Notes under the pieces: generated by a model
Seen by the model: only the letters and a program-made list of their open reading frames with translations
Database searches by the model: none
Told to the model about the DNA's origin: nothing
Assembly (NCBI GenBank): GCA_044892525.1
Contig: CM097886.1
Span: forward strand, 103,416,001-103,480,000
Direction of reading: 5' to 3'
Source of the DNA: Schmidtea polychroa
Taxonomy: Eukaryota
Length of the DNA: 64,000 nt
Position numbers and translations under genes: made by a program
Shown: positions 58,101 to 64,000 of the stretch, piece by piece
Numbering within the stretch: position 1 is the stretch's first letter
Layout: each line of letters opens with the position of its first letter

Positions 58101-61100
58101 GAATTTGAGGCTATGCAATTCATCAGCAAAGATGATTGTATACGCCTCCAAACCAACTTTCAAAAAATCAATTAAAATAGCGGATGATCTGATTGCGGTT
58201 CATCTTAATAAAGATATTATATGTTTAGACAGGCCTAGCTACATAGGCCAATCAGTGCTAGACCTGTCTAAACTACGCATGTATCAACTGCAATATAATG
58301 AATTGGCAAAATATAGATCCGAATTCTTATGTGATATAAATATCGTTGCCGGCGATACTGATTCGTTTTTTCTTGAGGTTAAGCACTGTAAGCTAGACAC
58401 TCTTTTGCCGGCAATGATAAGAGATAATCTTCTAGATTAGGGTGGAGCTTAAAAATTAAAAAAAATTAAAAAAAGTATTTTTGAAAGTCTTACCCTCCTA
58501 ATCTGTTCCTTATAATATAGAAACACTACATAAAAAGTTTGAATAATAAATTATTGTGTTTAGGGGTAGCTCAAGTGCTTCAAATTTACCAAAATTATGA
58601 AAATTACATAAATTCTCAATTTATTTGTAACAAATCAGTATAAATTTTTCAACACAATTAGATTGCAATCTCAGTTCAGTTTTGGGAAGAGTTCAGGGTG
58701 TCAGTTCAACAATTTCCAAATTTATTGTTTATGTGGTACTCCAGACATAGTTTGTTTCCTGCTGTCAGGGTACATTCGACGATGATCCTCGACAACTTGC
58801 AGGAGGAATTGTAACTGTGATTCATCGTGAGTTAACAAGCCGCTGTATTCCTGAATTAAGGCAACTCCACGTTCGGCATGATCATTTACTACTTTCAGTG
58901 ACTTGACTGTTTCCTTTGCTTGCCTGAAATCATCTCTGTCCTCCCACAAATCAGGATCAACCGCGAGGAATCCATGTGGAAGTTCCAACATTCGGAGCAG
59001 GGTCATTGACTTAGCTGTGACAAAATCTTCCAAGTTCTTGGTCTTAAAGGAATCGAGAGCAACTGTAATTCTCTTTGAATGGTCCTTATCTTGCTCTTCT
59101 TCGCTCTGCATTGCACTCACCATCAGTCTCTTTGTTGATGAATTAACGCGATCGTCGAAGAAAGCCAAGCTAACAAGTTCCTGTGACAGGTACCACAAAT
59201 GATTGGAAAACTTATGTGATGTTTGCTTTGAGATTGCAGAATGGATAAACGAGTATTCAAGCAGAGACTTGAGCAGCAGAAAGTCATTGTAAGGAGCACC
59301 GGATGCTTGAGGTGCAGAGATCCAGGCTTTCAGGTAGATGCGTACTGCAAACACACACACATCGCGTATTCCTCTTTCTTCTGCAGAAGTAAGTTTGAAT
59401 TGAGCCTTGAACATCCAGATCTTTAAACTGTATATGACTTTACTCATCCAGCGAGCATGATGCATTGCTCCGGGCAACATGAATCGCACTCCTCTGGCAG
59501 GACCAGCACCGAGAAAGACAATCACGAGTTCCAAGAATTCTTTATAATCGTCCCTCGGCTGGCTCTGTTCAAGATGCTTGATGGCAAAATCGACGGTGCT
59601 TTGCCTAATGTCTTCCACTAGATTTGCCACGTCGTCTGTTGCAATCCCTGGTTCATATTTGTCCGTTTCGATGAATGCCCAGTATTCCTGAAAGCGTTTG
59701 AAGAGTTGGACCACGGGAGAGGAGGTGGCTCCCATACAAACTTGGAAGACTGCACCAATAATTAGTTCCATAACGTGATGCCTGCAAGCCAGCGACAACA
59801 ATACACAGATTGTCAAATAAGGTCATACACATTACACAATCAAACACATACACACACAAATTACACATATTTGAAACTTTAAGATAAACCATAAACCTGT
59901 AACATGTGATACTACATTGTATAAATTTAAAAATAATTTCAAATACCTGGTTTGCTGTAGTGTAGTGTTGATGAAAAAATAATCACATTTACAAATTTAT
60001 CACTATTTCAATCATTAATAATAAATAGAAACAAAAATTGTATTTCTTCTGCTTAAGTTAGCAAAATGGCTGTCAGCTTTGGTAGTCTATTGCACTGCCT
60101 CTAACCTGTGAATAAGTAAGCAAACCTACATGCATCAAGGGCAAAAGTTAGTTACTTTTATTAGAAATTAAAAAACACTAAGCTGATGCAAAAATTTTAT
60201 GATAATAATGATAATTACGTAATATCATAAGTTTAGTTTTATTTTGTTTGAATGAACAATTCAAGCTATTTTGATTGTAATGATTAAAAATGATTAAAGC
60301 CCCCTAACCAGTAACCACACGGCTTGTGAAATATATTTTACACTGAAAGAATACAATTATGGACCCGTCGGAGTCTGACGACCAGAGTGCTGGAAACTTC
60401 ACCGTCATTGAGCTACCTCTAAATATTGTTCAATTGTGCTCATATGTTGTCTGAATTATTATTTCATAAATAGGAACAAAATTAGAGGGTAAGAAGATCA
60501 TATTTCAAAAGTTAAAAAATAAGCTCCACCCTATTCTAGATACCTCTAATTATGATCCCGCACACCCATTATACTCGAGAAACCTTGATTCTGTGATAGG
60601 AAAATTTAAAGATGAAAGCAAAGGTCTCGGGTATAAGGAATGGGTTTTCTTAAGACCTAAGTGCTATAGTTTATTAGGTGTCAAAGATACTATGAGGGCT
60701 AAAGGGGTGAAGTTAATGGGGACAGAGATTGAGCACCAGTCATATTTAGACTGCTACAATAACAACGTAGAAATTGCAGTGCCGCAAACTAGGATAGGGA
60801 CGCGGAACCACCAACTATATACCATCAAAAATAGTAAAATCGCATTGACAAATAACGATGACAAGCGATTATGGGTGGGGAAAAATAATAGTATCGCATT
60901 TGGGCATTATTTTGGGGTTGATGCTGTAGATAATGATCAAGTATTGGATGAAGTTGGACCGCTCTCTGTAGGTTTCAGTCCAGATTTCGATTAAAGTGAT
61001 CAAATATTAGAGGAAGTTGGACCGCTTTGTGGAGGTTTCAGCCCAGATTTCGATGATAGTATCGATATAGATGTTGATATAGACGATATTATATTAACTG

Positions 61101-61126
61101 ATGATGATGATGACGACTATTATTAA
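54856..61126 (+). pseudogene. pPolB copy 3, split by the same transposon, with an extra premature stop at 60992-60994
   Basis: Same insertion point as copy 2, plus GAA->TAA in the acidic tail. Confidence 0.92.
58438..60533 (-). mobile_element. Second copy of the 2,096-bp hATm-like element
   Basis: Same TIRs; TSD TTCTAGAT at 58430-58437 and 60534-60541; transposase fragment at 58722-59816. Confidence 0.92.
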
Positions 61127-61575
61127 ATATATCTTCTTTAAAAACTAGACTTTTAATGTGTTCATTTTTATTTTTAATTGATGTATAGTTTTCAAATTTA
61201 ATCATTTTTAATAATCGTAATAATAACATCTTTTAATATGTGTATTTTTATTATTATTTTGAAAACATGTGATAGTTTTCAAGTTNNNNNNNNNNNNNNN
61301 NNNNNNNNNNNNNNNNNNNNNNNNNNNNNNNNNNNNNNNNNNNNNNNNNNNNNNNNNNNNNNNNNNNNNNNNNNNNNNNNNNNNNNNNNNNNNNNNNNNN
61401 NNNNNNNNNNNNNNNNNNNNNNNNNNNNNNNNNNNNNNNNNNNNNNNNNNNNNNNNNNNNNNNNNNNNNNNNNNNNNNNNNNNNNNNNNNNNNNNNNNNN
61501 NNNNNNNNNNNNNNNNNNNNNNNNNNNNNNNNNNNNNNNNGTTTTATTACATTGTTTAATAATATCATTGTACCC

Positions 61576-61647
61576 TTGCGAGTTGTTGAGCGTGAGCAGT
61601 ACCCTTGTGAGCATTACCCATAGGGGGATAGAATATTTTGTCGGATA
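61576..61647 (-). repeat. Inner tip of the Maverick right TIR (second occurrence)
   Basis: Same sequence as 54063-54134. Confidence 0.85.
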
Positions 61648-61863
61648 GATTAGGANNNNNNNNNNNNNNNNNNNNNNNNNNNNNNNNNNNNNNNNNNNNN
61701 NNNNNNNNNNNNNNNNNNNNNNNNNNNNNNNNNNNNNNNNNNNNNNNNNNNNNNNNNNNNNNNNNNNNNNNNNNNNNNNNNNNNNNNNNNNNNNNNNNNN
61801 NNNNNNNNNNNNNNNNNNNNNNNNNNNNNNNCTTGTAGTGAGCATGCATCTACATCTCTTCTC

Positions 61864-61937
<74 letters not shown>

Positions 61938-62512
61938 GCCCCAAATAAATGTAGCTTGCAGTGAGCATGCATCTACNNNNNNNNNNNNNNNNNNNNNNNN
62001 NNNNNNNNNNNNNNNNNNNNNNNNNNNNNNNNNNNNNNNNNNNNNNNNNNNNNNNNNNNNNNNNNNNNNNNNNNNNNNNNNNNNNNNNNNNNNNNNNNNN
62101 NNNNNNATATCTTTCACATAGTTAGCATTCAGCATGCGACTACCAACCTATGATATTAATAATATTAATAATAATTCATATGATTCATTTTAGTTTACAA
62201 TTACCAATTTCAGATTATTTTACAATTATTAATATTTATTTCATTTTTACGGTTTTTTTTTATTAGAAATGAAATAAATATCAATAACTGTTATAGATTT
62301 ATAACAATAAATATATAGATATTTTATGTAAATTATATTAGTCTAATAAAATGTATTAATTAATGTTATTTTTGAACAAATACAATCGAAATGATATATA
62401 TATTCAAAAATTTTAGAATGTAATTTAATTATTTTTTAAAAATTTATTAGGCAAACTATATCAACGATATTGTCAATCCTCAATTGGACATAGCTCTGCA
62501 TGCCATAAAGTA

Positions 62513-64000
62513 ATGAAGCTTTACTATGGTCATAGATTCTATGGCACCAACTTTTTTATTTGCCCCAAATGCGAAACTGCCCAAGATTTAAAATACATAG
62601 ATTTTTATAAGGGGCATTACACCCACTTAAATCAATTTGTATTGAATAAAAAGACCCTTTTTAATATAATTTATGCGAAAANNNNNNNNNNNNNNNNNNN
62701 NNNNNNNNNNNNNNNNNNNNNNNNNNNNNNNNNNNNNNNNNNNNNNNNNNNNNNNNNNNNNNNNNNNNNNNNNNNNNNNNNNNNNNNNNNNNNNNNNNNN
62801 NNNNNNNNNNNNNNNNNNNNNNNNNNNNNNNNNNNNNNTAATAATAATACCAATAACAGAAATAATAATACAAATAACCGAAATAATACAAATAATATTG
62901 ATTCAAATAATGGAAATAGTACATATAATAATAATATTACAAATAATGGAAATATTAATAATACAAATAATAGAAATATAGATAATACAAATAATAATAC
63001 AAATAATAATACAAATAATAATAATAATAATACAAATAATAATACAAATAATCGAAATAATAAAAAATCTAAAAGACCTGCTGTAAATACTGTTCCGTGT
63101 ATCCCTACTAAAATTATAAAATTATCAACCATCGTGATAAGTGATGATGAATCTGAATTATTAAATACCCAAATAGGGGGTTCGATAAACAATATAGAAA
63201 ATATTCAAATAGATATAAATGATGAACCTGAAATAGAGATAGATTTAAAGGGTTCCCGTAAAAATATTCGATTTGATTTAGAACATAAAAACTTAATTCA
63301 AATCTCCCTTACGGATAAAATTATAAATAAAATTAATGTGGAAATTGAAAAGATGGGATCTGTAAAAGTCCAGTTTACAGTTCTTATTCAATTTGAAAAA
63401 GATGGAGAAATTAAAGATAATTTCTTTTCAAATAGTGCGAGTGTTTTTTCCGACAATTTTCTTATCGATGGTGTGAGTCGATTAAATGAGAAAATTGAAA
63501 AATTTACTTATTTAGGTAGCGGATGGAGGGTTGTAAAGATTAAGGAACTTGATTTTATTTTGACCACATTTTACCCTATAAGTCGATTAGCTGGCCATAG
63601 TTTTATACCTACACCAGCGGCAATATATAAAAAGAAAGCAATTGTAAATGTAAGAAACAATGATAATGCTTGTTTTATATATAGTGTTTTATCACTATTA
63701 AAGCGTGATATAATTTTAAATCACAGGGAGCGTGTTTCCAATTATACTAATTACTTAGACGAACTAAATTATGATCCCATTACTGATTGCCCAATGAGGT
63801 TATGCAACATCCCGAAATTTGAAAGAAATAACATAGATTTAAAATTGGCAATCAATGTTTTTGAATATAAACCCACAATAACAGGGAATAAAATAAATAA
63901 TGATATAGATTATGTACCTCATCATCCACACCTAAATATAATTCATAGATCTAAGGTTACCGAAGGGAATCCTATTAATCTTTTACTCCTACAAGACGGT
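62513..64000 (+). CDS. pPolB copy 4, 3'-partial (runs off the window)
   Basis: ATGAAGCTTTAC at 62513; matches the 5' third of copy 3. Confidence 0.85.
   Translation, partial: MKLYYGHRFYGTNFFICPKCETAQDLKYIDFYKGHYTHLNQFVLNKKTLFNIIYAKXXXXXXXXXXXXXXXXXXXXXXXXXXXXXXXXXXXXXXXXXXXXXXXXXXXXXNNNTNNRNNNTNNRNNTNNIDSNNGNSTYNNNITNNGNINNTNNRNIDNTNNNTNNNTNNNNNNTNNNTNNRNNKKSKRPAVNTVPCIPTKIIKLSTIVISDDESELLNTQIGGSINNIENIQIDINDEPEIEIDLKGSRKNIRFDLEHKNLIQISLTDKIINKINVEIEKMGSVKVQFTVLIQFEKDGEIKDNFFSNSASVFSDNFLIDGVSRLNEKIEKFTYLGSGWRVVKIKELDFILTTFYPISRLAGHSFIPTPAAIYKKKAIVNVRNNDNACFIYSVLSLLKRDIILNHRERVSNYTNYLDELNYDPITDCPMRLCNIPKFERNNIDLKLAINVFEYKPTITGNKINNDIDYVPHHPHLNIIHRSKVTEGNPINLLLLQDG

Larger units (their letters stand above)
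30995..64000 (+). mobile_element. Maverick/Polinton (adintovirus-like) endogenous viral element, right end outside the window
   Basis: Array sequence GAGATTAAC|TTTTCTTTG is broken at 30994 by AGTAGAGGG..., an AG-starting terminus typical of Polintons. The full core set follows: ATPase, RVE integrase, minor and major capsid proteins, adenain and pPolB. Confidence 0.95.

Overview
AT-rich eukaryotic (metazoan-like) genomic window with very short GT-AG introns (about 30-54 nt). The N runs behave like hard-masked simple repeats rather than gaps. Layout: (i) 1-8.1 kb: two host genes (3' part of a YME1L/FtsH-type i-AAA protease and a complete 8-exon mu-class GST) with TE debris. (ii) 8.7-15.6 kb: Gypsy integrase fragments, an orphan GC-rich ORF, a type I hammerhead ribozyme inside a larger structured RNA, and a relic Maverick-TIR-like region. 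(iii) 15.6-31.0 kb: a head-to-tail array of about 4.06-4.11 kb units (3 full + 1 truncated), each with an orphan ~302-aa ORF and an intact intronless USP deubiquitinase. (iv) 30,995 to beyond the window end: a Maverick/Polinton (adintovirus-like) endogenous virus inserted into the 4th unit. It has a ~537-bp left TIR and the core genes: packaging ATPase, integrase, penton, hexon, adenain protease and protein-primed PolB. It also carries a cassette of accessory genes, several spliced: a Bcl-2 homologue, a TBP-like protein, a poly-SIM acidic protein, a predicted secreted glycoprotein and an acidic DSG-motif protein. Its polB is tandemly amplified at least 4 times, and copies 2 and 3 carry the same 2,096-bp hATm-like insertion.
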